NCBI GenBank assembly: GCA_963665815.1
Contig: OY762463.1
Span: forward strand, 1,312,001-1,376,000
Direction: 5' to 3'
DNA: 64,000 nt
Origin: Candidatus Cloacimonadales bacterium
Lineage (GTDB): Bacteria; Cloacimonadota; Cloacimonadia; Cloacimonadales; JAIOQZ01
The position numbers and the translations under genes are program-made. The notes beneath the pieces were generated by a model. It searched no databases. It was not told where the DNA came from and saw only the letters and a program-made list of their open reading frames with translations. Below are positions 1 to 9,893 of this stretch, in pieces; the first letter of the stretch is position 1; the number at the start of each line of letters is the position of its first letter.

Positions 1-1780
1 TATCCTGCTTAATCTCGGCGAGAAGATTGTAATCAGGAAGCACAAGTATTTCTTCGACAACTTTCTTGAAAGTAGGCACAGCAGACATTGAGGCATAGTG
101 GTATTTATAATCAGGCTCATCAAAAGCTATAACGACAACAAGCCTTGGATCCTCAACTGGGAAAAATCCAGCCCAGACAGGAGTATGAGCTTTTTCTGCA
201 TAACCAATCTGACCTTTAACTTTCTTCTCAGCTGTTCCTGTTTTTCCTGCAATTCTTATATTTTCGATTCTCGTTGCTATCCCTGTACCATATTCAACCA
301 CACCCTCAAGCATTTCATGAAGCTGTGTAAGACTCTTCTTATCGGATATCTTTCTCAAAACCTTTGGCTTGGTTTCAAGAATAACACTTCCCTCATCGTC
401 AACGACTTCTTTCAGAAGATTAGGCTGCATTACTTTCCCGCCATTTGCAATTGTGCAATAAGCATTTGCAAGCTGAACTGCAGTTACACCTATTTCCTGC
501 CCAAAAGATATTGAATGCAGTGAAAATCCTTGCCACTTGTTTAGCTTTCTTAGAATTCCACTGGATTCTCCGGAAACATTGATACCTGTTTTATGACCGA
601 ATCCAAGTTCGATAAGTCTTTTATAAAATGGCTTTGAACCTATTTTCTCTACAATTTTTGCTACCCCGACATTACTTGAATGCACTATAACATCTTTCAC
701 AGAGAGTTCATCGAAATCGTGAACATCGCTGATTACACGACGATCAAGTTTGTATTTTCTACAATCAATCATGTCATCAGGGCTGAACAGATTTTTCTCA
801 AGAGCGAGAAGTACCGTTAACGGTTTAATAGTAGAACCGGGTTCAAAAATAAAAGAAGTAGGCATGTTGCCATAAGTACGGATTTCATTAAGTTTTTTCT
901 TCGAGTCTTCACAGGAAGATCCTGCCATTGCGATGATGTTACCGGTTTTGGGATCCATAATAACACCAAGAGCATTCTTAGCATTGTAAGTTTCTATACC
1001 TGAGTTAAGATGCTTCTCCAGAATCTCCTGAATCTCTGCATCTATGGTTAAAGTGACCGTTGAACCATTCTCTACTTTTTTCTCAGCTAAAGATGGATCC
1101 GGAATAGCTTTTTGATTACCATCATAATATGTTGTTTTCCAACCATACTTACCCTTGAGATATTTTTCAAGTGCATATTCAAGTCCTGTTATACCTTTAA
1201 TACTATATAATGATTCTTCTTCCCCTGATTCTGCCTGATTCTCCTTTGTTGCTCCAATTAATCTTGAAGCCAAAGCTCCTTTAGGGTAAACTCTCTGCAT
1301 GGATTTAAATGTAGCGTTTATCCCGTGGATGTGCTCTGCATTCAAACTCTGTCTTATTTTCAGTAAATCTGATTCTTTTACCGAAGCTGCAAGCATGATA
1401 AAATCTGAGTTTTTATGTCTTTTCAGTTTTCGCTTAAGTGAGGTTTCAGAAATATCTGTATTAGCGGAAATGATTTCAATTGCTCTAATGATTGTTTCAT
1501 CAGTGTTTTTATCATTTCTTTTACAGTATCTTTTGATTGACTGCTTGTCCATATCAAGCTGATAATTCTTGATAGTTGTAGCCAAAAGAGTTGAGTTTGC
1601 ATCTGTAATATTCCCACGAAAAGGTATCTGTATTTCCTTCCTTGGTTTGTATCGCATCTTTCTGCTTTTCAGATCATGAATATCTCTGACCTGAATGAAA
1701 AAAAGATGTATTACCCAAAGAAGAACAATACATGCATTGATAAGTATAAGGGTCAGTATACGAAATTTATCTTTAGTCAT
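1..1780 (-). CDS. ftsI: Class B penicillin-binding protein (FtsI/PBP3), runs off the left edge
   Basis: Absent from the ORF track because no stop falls in the window. Manual translation from ATG 1780 gives MTKDKFRILTLILINACIVLLWVIHLFFIQ (TM), then PFRGNITD, SxxK (FEPGSTIKP), SxN (HSSNVG) and KTG (IAGKTGTAEK). Follows mraZ-rsmH-ftsL. Confidence 0.92.
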   Translation of the reverse strand, partial: MTKDKFRILTLILINACIVLLWVIHLFFIQVRDIHDLKSRKMRYKPRKEIQIPFRGNITDANSTLLATTIKNYQLDMDKQSIKRYCKRNDKNTDETIIRAIEIISANTDISETSLKRKLKRHKNSDFIMLAASVKESDLLKIRQSLNAEHIHGINATFKSMQRVYPKGALASRLIGATKENQAESGEEESLYSIKGITGLEYALEKYLKGKYGWKTTYYDGNQKAIPDPSLAEKKVENGSTVTLTIDAEIQEILEKHLNSGIETYNAKNALGVIMDPKTGNIIAMAGSSCEDSKKKLNEIRTYGNMPTSFIFEPGSTIKPLTVLLALEKNLFSPDDMIDCRKYKLDRRVISDVHDFDELSVKDVIVHSSNVGVAKIVEKIGSKPFYKRLIELGFGHKTGINVSGESSGILRKLNKWQGFSLHSISFGQEIGVTAVQLANAYCTIANGGKVMQPNLLKEVVDDEGSVILETKPKVLRKISDKKSLTQLHEMLEGVVEYGTGIATRIENIRIAGKTGTAEKKVKGQIGYAEKAHTPVWAGFFPVEDPRLVVVIAFDEPDYKYHYASMSAVPTFKKVVEEILVLPDYNLLAEIKQD

Positions 1781-2099
1781 GGATTGCATCTAAGCTGGGA
1801 ATGAAATAATCTGTCAGACTGTAATTCTTCTTGTCTTTCTTTATATAATGTAAGTATTCATTATTGTGTTGAGGGAGAATCATGGCAAGTTGATCCTTAG
1901 CCAGTTTTTCAATTCTCTTACGATCTATAAGATTGTTGTTTGCCATGATTAAATCACAATTTTCAGTTTTTAAAGAACTAATCTCTTTTTTTAACGCTAC
2001 AGACTTTTTCTCGGTTCTGAGAATCGTATGAGCATTAAAATGATGGAGGAATATTACACCTGAAATAAAAATAAACATTAAAATAAGATTTTTCTTCAT
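1773..2099 (-). CDS. ftsL: Cell division protein FtsL-like
   Basis: N-terminal TM, coiled coil and RIEKLAKDQLAM; lies between rsmH and ftsI. Start moved to ATG 2099 (GAGGTG RBS). Confidence 0.8.
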   Translation of the reverse strand: MKKNLILMFIFISGVIFLHHFNAHTILRTEKKSVALKKEISSLKTENCDLIMANNNLIDRKRIEKLAKDQLAMILPQHNNEYLHYIKKDKKNYSLTDYFIPSLDAIHD

Positions 2100-2106
2100 A
2101 TTCACC

Positions 2107-3030
2107 TCATATTTTTTCGGCAACACGCATCTTTGCGCTTCTTGCACGGGCGTTAACTGAAATCTCTTCTTCACTGGGAAGAACAGGTTTGTTTGTGATT
2201 ATTTTAAGCGTCTGCTCTTTAGAACATCTACATTCAGGAAAACTTGAAGGACACACGCAATCCTTCTTTTCATGTTGAAAGATTTTTTTTACTATTCTGT
2301 CTTCCAGACTGTGATATGATATTACAACAATCCTTGCTTCAGGATTCAATATGTAAACGGAATCCCTTAATGCTGTCTTAAGAACATCAAGTTCTCCATT
2401 GACGTGAATTCGCAATGCCTGAAAAATTCGGGCTTTGGCTTTCTGCTTCATCCTGGATCTCACTGCTTCATCTATAACGAATGCAAGCTGATCGGTCTCA
2501 GTAATCCTTGATTCAGCTCTTTTATTTACAATTGCTTTTGCAATCCTGTATGCTTCTTTTTCCTCACCATACTCCCTGAATATCTTCACAAGCTCATCAA
2601 GCTTATATGAGTTAACAACATCCTCAGCTGTCTCCCCCGAGCTTCGATCCATTCTCATGTCCAGCTTCCCATTATATTGAAAACTAAAACCCTTTTCGGG
2701 AGTATCTATCTGATACGATGAAACGCCAAGATCAAAAAGAATACCATCAATTCTCTTAACTTTATGCAGGGAAAGCTCTGTTCGCAGGTTACTGAAATTA
2801 CTCTTTACAAAAGTAAATCTATCTCCATAGTCCCGTGATACTGATTCAGCATTTGCTATCGCATCATCATCCTGATCAAAACTATAAACCTTGATTGAAT
2901 CATCCGAATCAAGTATCCTTCGAGTATGTGATCCACCACCAAATGTCATATCAACATAAACTCCACCTGACTTAATCCGCATGGATTCAACTGCTTCATT
3001 AAGCATTACAGGGATATGATATTCGCTCAT
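2107..3030 (-). CDS. rsmH: 16S rRNA m4C1402 methyltransferase
   Basis: HIPVML, DMTFGGGSHT, DLGVSSYQID, LDMRMD, FQALRIHVN, SYHSLEDR and RARSAKMR motifs. Confidence 0.97.
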   Translation of the reverse strand: MSEYHIPVMLNEAVESMRIKSGGVYVDMTFGGGSHTRRILDSDDSIKVYSFDQDDDAIANAESVSRDYGDRFTFVKSNFSNLRTELSLHKVKRIDGILFDLGVSSYQIDTPEKGFSFQYNGKLDMRMDRSSGETAEDVVNSYKLDELVKIFREYGEEKEAYRIAKAIVNKRAESRITETDQLAFVIDEAVRSRMKQKAKARIFQALRIHVNGELDVLKTALRDSVYILNPEARIVVISYHSLEDRIVKKIFQHEKKDCVCPSSFPECRCSKEQTLKIITNKPVLPSEEEISVNARARSAKMRVAEKI

Positions 3031-3461
3031 AATCTGAAATCTCCCGGTTTAAAGGAAACTCTCTTTGAGCGATCTTCGATTGTTTTGTCTAAAGTTTCAG
3101 GAGCCCAGACAGAAATATAATTCCCTTTCCCAAGAATAACCGCCTTGTCTTTAATCCCTGCAAGGTCCATCAGTTCGTCAGATAGTTTAATCCGTCCGGG
3201 ACCTTCCAGCTTCTGCTCGATTGCATAGTCGTAAAGATAATCAACCATTTCAAGCTGACGTGATTCACCCTGTTCGAGTTTTTCAATGTACTCGTCCCAG
3301 ATATCCATTGGAAATATGACAATGTGGTTACTGTTTGAACCAATTGTAGCCACAATCGTATCTTTAGCAGCAGGACTGAATTTCTTCTTCATAGATGAAG
3401 GGATAACAATCCTTTGCTTATGTACTGAGGCTTCAAACTTTCCAATAAAACGAGGTGGCAC
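3027..3461 (-). CDS. mraZ: Division/cell wall cluster repressor MraZ
   Basis: 144 aa, first gene of the dcw cluster, two AbrB-like repeats (KQRIVIP, GPGRIKL); GTG start behind GGAGG. Confidence 0.85.
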   Translation of the reverse strand: MPPRFIGKFEASVHKQRIVIPSSMKKKFSPAAKDTIVATIGSNSNHIVIFPMDIWDEYIEKLEQGESRQLEMVDYLYDYAIEQKLEGPGRIKLSDELMDLAGIKDKAVILGKGNYISVWAPETLDKTIEDRSKRVSFKPGDFRL

Positions 3462-4240
3462 ATTTCCTCCAGAACTAATATATTTTGAGATTTTTTGATA
3501 TTTCCTGCTATTTATGTGCGAATTTCTATTATTTTCGTGAGATCGTCAAGCTCTTTTTTGAAATTTGTTGATTTTTTTTCTACGTTTTCAAATGGTTGAT
3601 TTGTAGACGGTTACGAATGCCTATTTAAAGTCCGATATCTGGCGCAATTGTTTGCTCTTATTAAATAACCTTAACTGAAATTAATGCATTATGATTATAT
3701 ATCACCTATAGTAATAATTGAGACTTTCATTGATTTACCTGCAGCATATGAATGTGTGTCAATGCTCTATTTTACAAAGCCGTTACTCAGAGAAGACTCC
3801 AATTACTTTAAAATTACGCATATATAAGCGACTGAAGAAAATTTTCATTGTAAATAAATTAATTTGCTTTGTAGTGACATAAATACACACTGATTTAAGT
3901 GAATACACAAAGATTTCAGTCATTTTACTGGATTAACAAATTGTTATTCCCCTTGAAAGATGATTCTATTATTTTGAGATTGTTAATGTGTTTCATTAGT
4001 TACCAACATAAAGAGCCTGTACTTTTTTCATGATGAGTATGTTCTTATTAGTGTGAGTTTTTACACTGCTTTTTTGCCATAAATTCAATGCAGTAAATTC
4101 TATGGAGTAATTTTGAGAAAATTTGAGTTGTCAGGATTGAACAAATTGATATTTTCTCAATATTTGGAGAAATCTTACTGCAAGCGGTTGGTATTGTAGA
4201 GGAGTTTAATCACTAATTTATACCTTATGAAGGATATTAT

Positions 4241-4270
4241 TTGACACAAAAATCTTTATCTGTATATATT
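4241..4270 (+). promoter_or_regulatory. Candidate sigma70 promoter for gcvH-gmk-rpoZ-udg
   Basis: TTGACA at 4241 with TATATA/TATATT 16-18 nt downstream; a second TTGACACAAAA copy at 4282. Confidence 0.45.
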
Positions 4271-4344
4271 GTATGAAATGCTTGACACAAAACTGCGTTT
4301 TTTTGTGGATGCTTTTATAAGAAAATACAAAATTTGGAGGAACA

Positions 4345-4722
4345 ATGGTTCTGGATAATTTATACTACACAGACTCACATGAGTGGGTAAAAGTTGATGG
4401 AGAAGACGCTTACATCGGTATTACTGACTTTGCTCAGAAAGAGCTTGGAGATATTGTATATGTAGAACTTCCTGAAGAAGGCGACGAAGTGGCTTCCGGG
4501 GAATCATTTGGTTCTATCGAAGCAGTAAAAGCTGTCGAAGACATTATTTCACCTGTTTCCGGTGAAGTTATCAAAGTTAATCTCGAACTTGAAGATAATC
4601 CTGAACTGATTAATAATTCACCTTACGAAAATGGCTGGATTGTTAAAATTAAACTTTCAGATGTAGATGAAGTTGAAAAATTATTATCAGTAAACGAATA
4701 CAAGAAGTTAGTAGAAGGTTAG
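4345..4722 (+). CDS. gcvH: Glycine cleavage system H protein
   Basis: YTDSHEW, GITDFAQKELGDIVYV, lipoyl-Lys motif IEAVKAV, INNSPYENGW; GGAGG RBS. Confidence 0.97.
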   Translation: MVLDNLYYTDSHEWVKVDGEDAYIGITDFAQKELGDIVYVELPEEGDEVASGESFGSIEAVKAVEDIISPVSGEVIKVNLELEDNPELINNSPYENGWIVKIKLSDVDEVEKLLSVNEYKKLVEG

Positions 4723-4726
4723 ACCT

Positions 4727-5341
4727 ATCAGGAAAAACAGATTTCTAATAACTCTAATAGCTCCATCCGGAGGAGGAAAATCTACAATATTGAAAGAGAT
4801 TCTTCCGGTGAGAAAAGATATTGTCTACTCTGTGTCTTACACTACACGCGAACCTCGTGGAAATGAAAGACATGGAGTCGACTATTTTTTCATTTCAGAG
4901 GATGAGTTTAAGAAAAGGATTGCAGAAAACCGATTTCTGGAATATGCTGAAGTTCACGGAAAATGGTACGGTACTTCTAAGGATTTTGTACTGGACCAGG
5001 TTGATAAAGGTAATCATGTTATTATGGATATTGACGTTCAGGGAGCTGAAAAGATCCTGAAAACAGGTTTTGAAATGGTCTCTATCTTTCTACTGCCACC
5101 TGATCCAGAAATACTGGAAGACAGGTTAATAAACAGAAAAACTGATTCTGAAGAAAAAATAAAATTAAGATTGAAAAACGCTCATCTCGAAATCGCAAAA
5201 GCTCGTCAGTTCCAGTATCTCGTCATTAACGATGACCTTGATACAGCTGTTAAGGATGTAATGAGTATTATTATTGCAGAAGAAAACAGAATGAGCAGAT
5301 ACAATGACTATATTGAGAATTACTACGGAGGTTCTAAATGA
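4727..5341 (+). CDS. gmk: Guanylate kinase (start uncertain, probably non-canonical)
   Basis: P-loop APSGGGKST (4760-4786) is in frame upstream of the ORF-track TTG; SVSYTTREPR, EYAEVHGKWYGT, DIDVQGA. Confidence 0.93.
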   Translation: MRKNRFLITLIAPSGGGKSTILKEILPVRKDIVYSVSYTTREPRGNERHGVDYFFISEDEFKKRIAENRFLEYAEVHGKWYGTSKDFVLDQVDKGNHVIMDIDVQGAEKILKTGFEMVSIFLLPPDPEILEDRLINRKTDSEEKIKLRLKNAHLEIAKARQFQYLVINDDLDTAVKDVMSIIIAEENRMSRYNDYIENYYGGSK

Positions 5342-5559
5342 AGAACGACAAAATAGATAAGTTCTTTGAAGAGAATAATGACAATTACTTATACTTGCTT
5401 CTTGCAAATCTTGAAGTGAAAAGATTGTCTGCTCTTCCACATACTATTAAAGAGAATTTTTCAAAAAAGATCACAGTTGAAGCATTAAACCATGTCGTTG
5501 ATAATGATATTCCAGATTATATCACAGCAGAAGAAGAATTTGATATAGACGACGAATAA
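5338..5559 (+). CDS. rpoZ: Probable RNA polymerase omega subunit
   Basis: 73 aa, overlaps the gmk stop, NxYLxxL...K.T.EAL pattern; conserved gmk-rpoZ synteny. Confidence 0.55.
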   Translation: MKNDKIDKFFEENNDNYLYLLLANLEVKRLSALPHTIKENFSKKITVEALNHVVDNDIPDYITAEEEFDIDDE

Positions 5560-5574
5560 CGGTATTATTAAATA

Positions 5575-6270
5575 ATGACTCCCAATTGTATTTCTCAGCA
5601 TCTTGAATTGATGAAGCTGATGGGAGTGGATAATGTTTTTCTGAAGAGAAAACCAGAGTTTACATCAGTTAGAAAAAAAACAATGCCTGATAACTCAGGT
5701 TCAGCCGAAGAAAGGCTGAAAAAAAACAACGTAAACTACAAAGATTGCAATAAATGTCCGCTCTGTAACGGGCGGACTAATCTTGTTTATGGAGAGGGTA
5801 ATCCTAATGCCGATTTGATGCTTATTGGTGAAGGGCCAGGATTTTATGAGGATAAAAGCGGAAAACCATTTGTTGGTAAAGCAGGACAGCTTCTTACTAA
5901 AATGCTGCTGGCAATCAAAATTGACAGATCTCAGGTGTATATCGGTAATATCGTGAAGTGTCGTCCACCGGACAACAGAGATCCTAAACCTGAAGAAGTT
6001 GAAGCATGCCTTCCATACCTTGAAGAACAGATTGAGATTATAAAACCTCGAATCCTGTTACTGCTGGGAAGAGTTGCAGGACAGACCTTGCTGAAGAACA
6101 ATCTCAGGATGCAGGAACTAAGGGAAACTGAACATACTTATAAAGGTATCAGGACTTTTGTGACCTATCACCCATCTGCACTGCTCAGACATACTGCCTG
6201 GAAAAAACCTGCCTGGATCGATCTGCAAAAAGTCCAGAAAATATATGAAGGTTTGAAACCGCGAACTTAA
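5575..6270 (+). CDS. Family 4 uracil-DNA glycosylase (Fe-S)
   Basis: CNKCPL, IGEGPG, PFVGKAG, KCRPPDNR and TYHPSALL motifs. Confidence 0.95.
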   Translation: MTPNCISQHLELMKLMGVDNVFLKRKPEFTSVRKKTMPDNSGSAEERLKKNNVNYKDCNKCPLCNGRTNLVYGEGNPNADLMLIGEGPGFYEDKSGKPFVGKAGQLLTKMLLAIKIDRSQVYIGNIVKCRPPDNRDPKPEEVEACLPYLEEQIEIIKPRILLLLGRVAGQTLLKNNLRMQELRETEHTYKGIRTFVTYHPSALLRHTAWKKPAWIDLQKVQKIYEGLKPRT

Positions 6271-6379
6271 ACTGGCTTACAATTATTATTCTCAGATAGA
6301 TTTGTTACCAATATAAGCTCAACATACTAAAAAAAGTTTAACTCCCTTAGTTGTATGAAACTATCAAATAATTTTGTTA

Positions 6380-6928
6380 TTAGACTCCACCTTTTTTGCC
6401 AAAACATGGTTTAAGCTGATCTCATAAGGCATCTTCAATAGCTTGAACAAAACAATTATTGTAACCTTCAATCTTGCAATAATGAAGCTCGATTATTTCC
6501 TTAAGCTCTCCACACCATCTTTTCATATGCATTGCATAAGTACCTTTATGACCAGCCCCAAGATGTTGTCTTATGCGATTTCTCAATTTATGGGAACGCC
6601 CAAAATATAAATACTGTCCGCTAGCTGCATTATTATTCAACATTGGTAAGTCATTTCCGTTAGAACTACCTTTTAATTCCTTCATTGCTGAATATAATTC
6701 TTTTATGGCCTACTTTCACCAACAACTTTGAAAAAGTAAATATAGTTTTCCTCTTTGTCTCCTACAGGAATTTCTTTTAGCTTCGTTTCTTTATAAATGT
6801 CTTTTGTACTTAGCTCAATAGTATAGAATTCAGGGAAGTCAAAACTATTCATTATCTTTGCACTATCTTTTAGAGACTTAATGCTATTTTGTTTAGCCTT
6901 TTATCAGAGTATCTGATCTAATTGGCAT
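6380..6928 (-). pseudogene. Decayed GIY-YIG-like hypothetical gene
   Basis: Reading from ATG 6928 needs a frameshift near 6900 and another near 6710. An in-frame TGA at 6422 interrupts IEDAL*DQLKPCFGKKGGV. Contains YIYFF and YFGRSHKLRNRIRQH. Confidence 0.65.
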
Positions 6929-6941
6929 TTTTATTCCCTAT

Positions 6942-7982
6942 TCAATCCGTATCAAACACAATCATTTCAGTATCATCGCTGTAGTTGGCAAATCGTACGG
7001 ATTGTGCTTCCTTTATTCTGGAGAGAGTTGTCTGTATACGCTCAATAGAATCGTCTATTTTCTCAATATATTTACTGTTACGACCCTCAAAGCTACCTTC
7101 AGGAAGATTCATTCCAAGCATTTCAAGATTCGCTTTCAGAACCATTAAGGGTTGGTTAATCTCGTGACTGGCAGTAACAGCTATTGCCAAAGCCGATTTG
7201 TTTCTCTCATCCTGTGCAATCTTTTTAGCATTCTCGGCGAGTTTTCTGTCTGTAATATCCCTGGAGTTGATAATTATTCCTCTTATTGCAGGTTCTCTAA
7301 GCATGTTGCTGGCAATTATTTCCAGAATTCTCCAACTCCCGTCCCTATGCTCGATCCTTATTTCTGATCTTTGAGATTTCTCAGGATAGTCAACTAGACT
7401 TTCAATAATCTCTTCAGCCTTTTTTCTATCCTCAGGATGGACAAACTGAAGTATTGATGAACCGGATTTATTTGGATCATAACCCATAATTTTTTCTGCA
7501 GCTGCACTATTAAACAGAATATGACCCTTATGATCTATGATTGTTGTGATATCAGATGAATTCATTGTCAGCATACGAAATCTTGTTTCACTGTCCCTGA
7601 TAGCTTTTTCAATCTTGTAGTTATGCATGGCAACCTCTATAATAACTCGCAGTTCTCTTTTCTGGTAAGGTTTTAAAATATAACCAAATGGGTGAGTTAT
7701 TTTTGCTCTTTCCAGAAGTTCTACATCAGTATATCCTGTAGAGAATACGACTGGAATATCATAAGCATCTTTAATCAGTTGCGCAGTCTGAATACCATCT
7801 AAATTTCCTGACAGCATTATATCCATAAGAATCAGATCCGGCTTGACTTTCTTGAGCACCTCAAGTGTCTTCTCTCCTGAGTTTACAATATCAAGCACAG
7901 CATAATCCAGTTCTTCCAAAAGTTCTTTCAAAGGCTGGGCGACTTCTTGATTGTCTTCAACCAGCAATATAAATCCGTTCAT
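6942..7982 (-). CDS. REC-PAS-HisKA signalling protein lacking an HATPase domain
   Basis: ILLVED, LMDIML, YILKP receiver; PAS/PAC (VHPED, RDITDRK); H-box ASHEINQPL; ends ~70 aa later. Confidence 0.85.
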   Translation of the reverse strand: MNGFILLVEDNQEVAQPLKELLEELDYAVLDIVNSGEKTLEVLKKVKPDLILMDIMLSGNLDGIQTAQLIKDAYDIPVVFSTGYTDVELLERAKITHPFGYILKPYQKRELRVIIEVAMHNYKIEKAIRDSETRFRMLTMNSSDITTIIDHKGHILFNSAAAEKIMGYDPNKSGSSILQFVHPEDRKKAEEIIESLVDYPEKSQRSEIRIEHRDGSWRILEIIASNMLREPAIRGIIINSRDITDRKLAENAKKIAQDERNKSALAIAVTASHEINQPLMVLKANLEMLGMNLPEGSFEGRNSKYIEKIDDSIERIQTTLSRIKEAQSVRFANYSDDTEMIVFDTD

Positions 7983-8122
7983 AAGAATCTCCGCAATTGT
8001 AATATTATTTACTTGCTATTAACACTTTTACAAATTATTATGGAAAAGTCAAATAAAAAACTATGCTAAAATTATGTCACCTTGTTAAATACATAAAACA
8101 ATGAATAAACAAAGGATTAACC

Positions 8123-8764
8123 ATGTGCGGTAGATTTGCTATGTACTCAAGTTTACAGGATTTGCTGAAATATATAAAAACAGTATCAGGTCGGGATGTC
8201 TATACTCCAAGCTATAACATAAGTCCGGGGCAATATGCACCAGCGATTAAACTCAGTGATAATATGTTAATAATTGATAAGTTTAAATGGGGCATTGATT
8301 ATACATATAAAAATAAAAGAAGTCTATTAGTTAACAGCAGAATAGAAACATTAACAGACAGAAAAAAAATCAGAACCAATAGCAGATTCACAAAATGTGT
8401 AATTCCGGCAAATGGATTCTACGAGTGGAAAAGTAGAAAGAAGCCATTTTACTGCTACTCCAAGACGAGTAATCTACTGTTTCTCGGAGGAATCATACTG
8501 AGAAATGAGAATACAGAGCAGTTTTCAATTATTACAAGAGAATCGCAAGGAATATTGCAGGATTTGCATCACAGAATGCCATTAATGATTACTGAAAGCA
8601 TAATGACAGATTGGTTGTCTTCAGATTGGGGAGCTATTCTGCCGGAGTTTGACTTTAATGATCTTGTAATGCATCCGATATCAACAGAGATTAATAGTGT
8701 AAAGAATAATTATCCTGAATTGATAGAACAACAAAAAACTGACCAACTGGAACTGGTTTTCTGA
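8123..8764 (+). CDS. SOS response-associated peptidase (SRAP/YedK family)
   Basis: N-terminal MCGRF, YNISPG, GFYEW and HHRMP. Confidence 0.93.
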   Translation: MCGRFAMYSSLQDLLKYIKTVSGRDVYTPSYNISPGQYAPAIKLSDNMLIIDKFKWGIDYTYKNKRSLLVNSRIETLTDRKKIRTNSRFTKCVIPANGFYEWKSRKKPFYCYSKTSNLLFLGGIILRNENTEQFSIITRESQGILQDLHHRMPLMITESIMTDWLSSDWGAILPEFDFNDLVMHPISTEINSVKNNYPELIEQQKTDQLELVF

Positions 8765-9610
8765 TCAACCTAACTCAAAAGATGTTATACCATAGATTTT
8801 ACGGATTGGAGTATCGGGAATAATTTTATTATACATTCTGACCGTCTCAAAAACCGGATTCATCTTGTATCTTTTAACAAGTTCATGTGCTGAGTAATTT
8901 GGTTCAGGAATATCGAGATATACAGCTTTATCTTTTTCCACAACCGAAAGAAGTGATTGCATTAAATGGTCTGCTTCGTGAAAAGAAGATGAAAACAGCG
9001 GACCGATTTTGTATCCGTCATAGCACTTCCTAATTGTTGCATATCCGGCAACCTGATCATAATTCATCTTAAGGAAAGTTCTTGATTCAGGGTCTGCAAT
9101 CCAGTTTCTCAAGAAGTCATTTCTTTCTACTCCGAATATTTCAGCATCAAAATGATAAAGCTTATCTGTAAAAGAATCGGATATTGCTGTTATTTGAGGA
9201 TGTTTACTGAATGCATCTTTCATTTCAAGCTTGTATCTGATATTCTTATGAGCAAACTTGAATCCTTGTTTTTCATAGTTAACCTGCTGTTCAAGTACGC
9301 CATCCAATCCTACATTACATTCTGAAAGATAATCCATGGCATGATTCCAAATTTTTATACCGTATCCCTTACCTCTATACTCTTCTTTAGTAATATAAAA
9401 TCCAATGAATCCATATTCGTTATGATAGTTCACTGCAGAAATACAAGTAACAGGTTCACCGTTAAGATAACCAATGAAAAAGCCATCAGGATCAGCGTTA
9501 TAGAAAGATTTCCAATCATTTAACCCTGGATTCCAACCTTCCTTACCGGCTGAATCGATCAGAAAATTCATATCAGCAAGTTCAATTCGTTTAATTTTGT
9601 AATCAGTCAT
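8765..9610 (-). CDS. GNAT acetyltransferase with YitH-like C-terminal domain
   Basis: EGWNPG, acetyl-CoA motif YRGKGYG, KIGPLF, FETVRMY, SFELG end; start 9610 fits the GGAGG spacing. Confidence 0.88.
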   Translation of the reverse strand: MTDYKIKRIELADMNFLIDSAGKEGWNPGLNDWKSFYNADPDGFFIGYLNGEPVTCISAVNYHNEYGFIGFYITKEEYRGKGYGIKIWNHAMDYLSECNVGLDGVLEQQVNYEKQGFKFAHKNIRYKLEMKDAFSKHPQITAISDSFTDKLYHFDAEIFGVERNDFLRNWIADPESRTFLKMNYDQVAGYATIRKCYDGYKIGPLFSSSFHEADHLMQSLLSVVEKDKAVYLDIPEPNYSAHELVKRYKMNPVFETVRMYNKIIPDTPIRKIYGITSFELG

Positions 9611-9893
9611 TATCATCCTCCATCAATAATATATTCAATATCTTTGAAATAGAAAGATTTAAATTTTCACGAGATCCATCCGATAACTAAAATAATAACT
9701 ATCTCTGTCTGAGATGTCTTAAGCCTGGTGCAATATAGCAAATTTCTTGACAATAACAATGATATACTATTTAATAAGGTTTAATGCTCCTGATATTACA
9801 TGTAGAGTTATTTTCTTTGCAAAGTTGATTATAGAATTAAAACTTCTAAAAACAAATATCCGGAGTTTTTAAATATCCTTCCAAGGATTTATA

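Noticed and set aside
98..1617. Short ORFs 98-514, 1299-1562 and 1423-1617
   Set aside because: Antisense or off-frame shadows of ftsI; the same applies to the many small ORFs nested in long genes across the window
3720..3805. Further decayed MITE copy (GAGACTTTCAT...TTACAAAGC, ACTCCAATTA)
   Set aside because: Too many mismatches to distinguish from AT-rich background by eye
4100..4344. Glycine riboswitch upstream of gcvH
   Set aside because: No recognisable GGAGA...CCGAAG...CTCAGG aptamer core
6422..6424. TGA recoded as Trp or Sec
   Set aside because: TGA ends many intact genes here, and this locus also carries frameshifts, so it is a nonsense lesion
8123..8764. SRAP as part of a mutagenesis cassette or prophage
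   Set aside because: No umuDC/imuAB or phage genes nearby, and no full copy of the 20446 palindrome upstream
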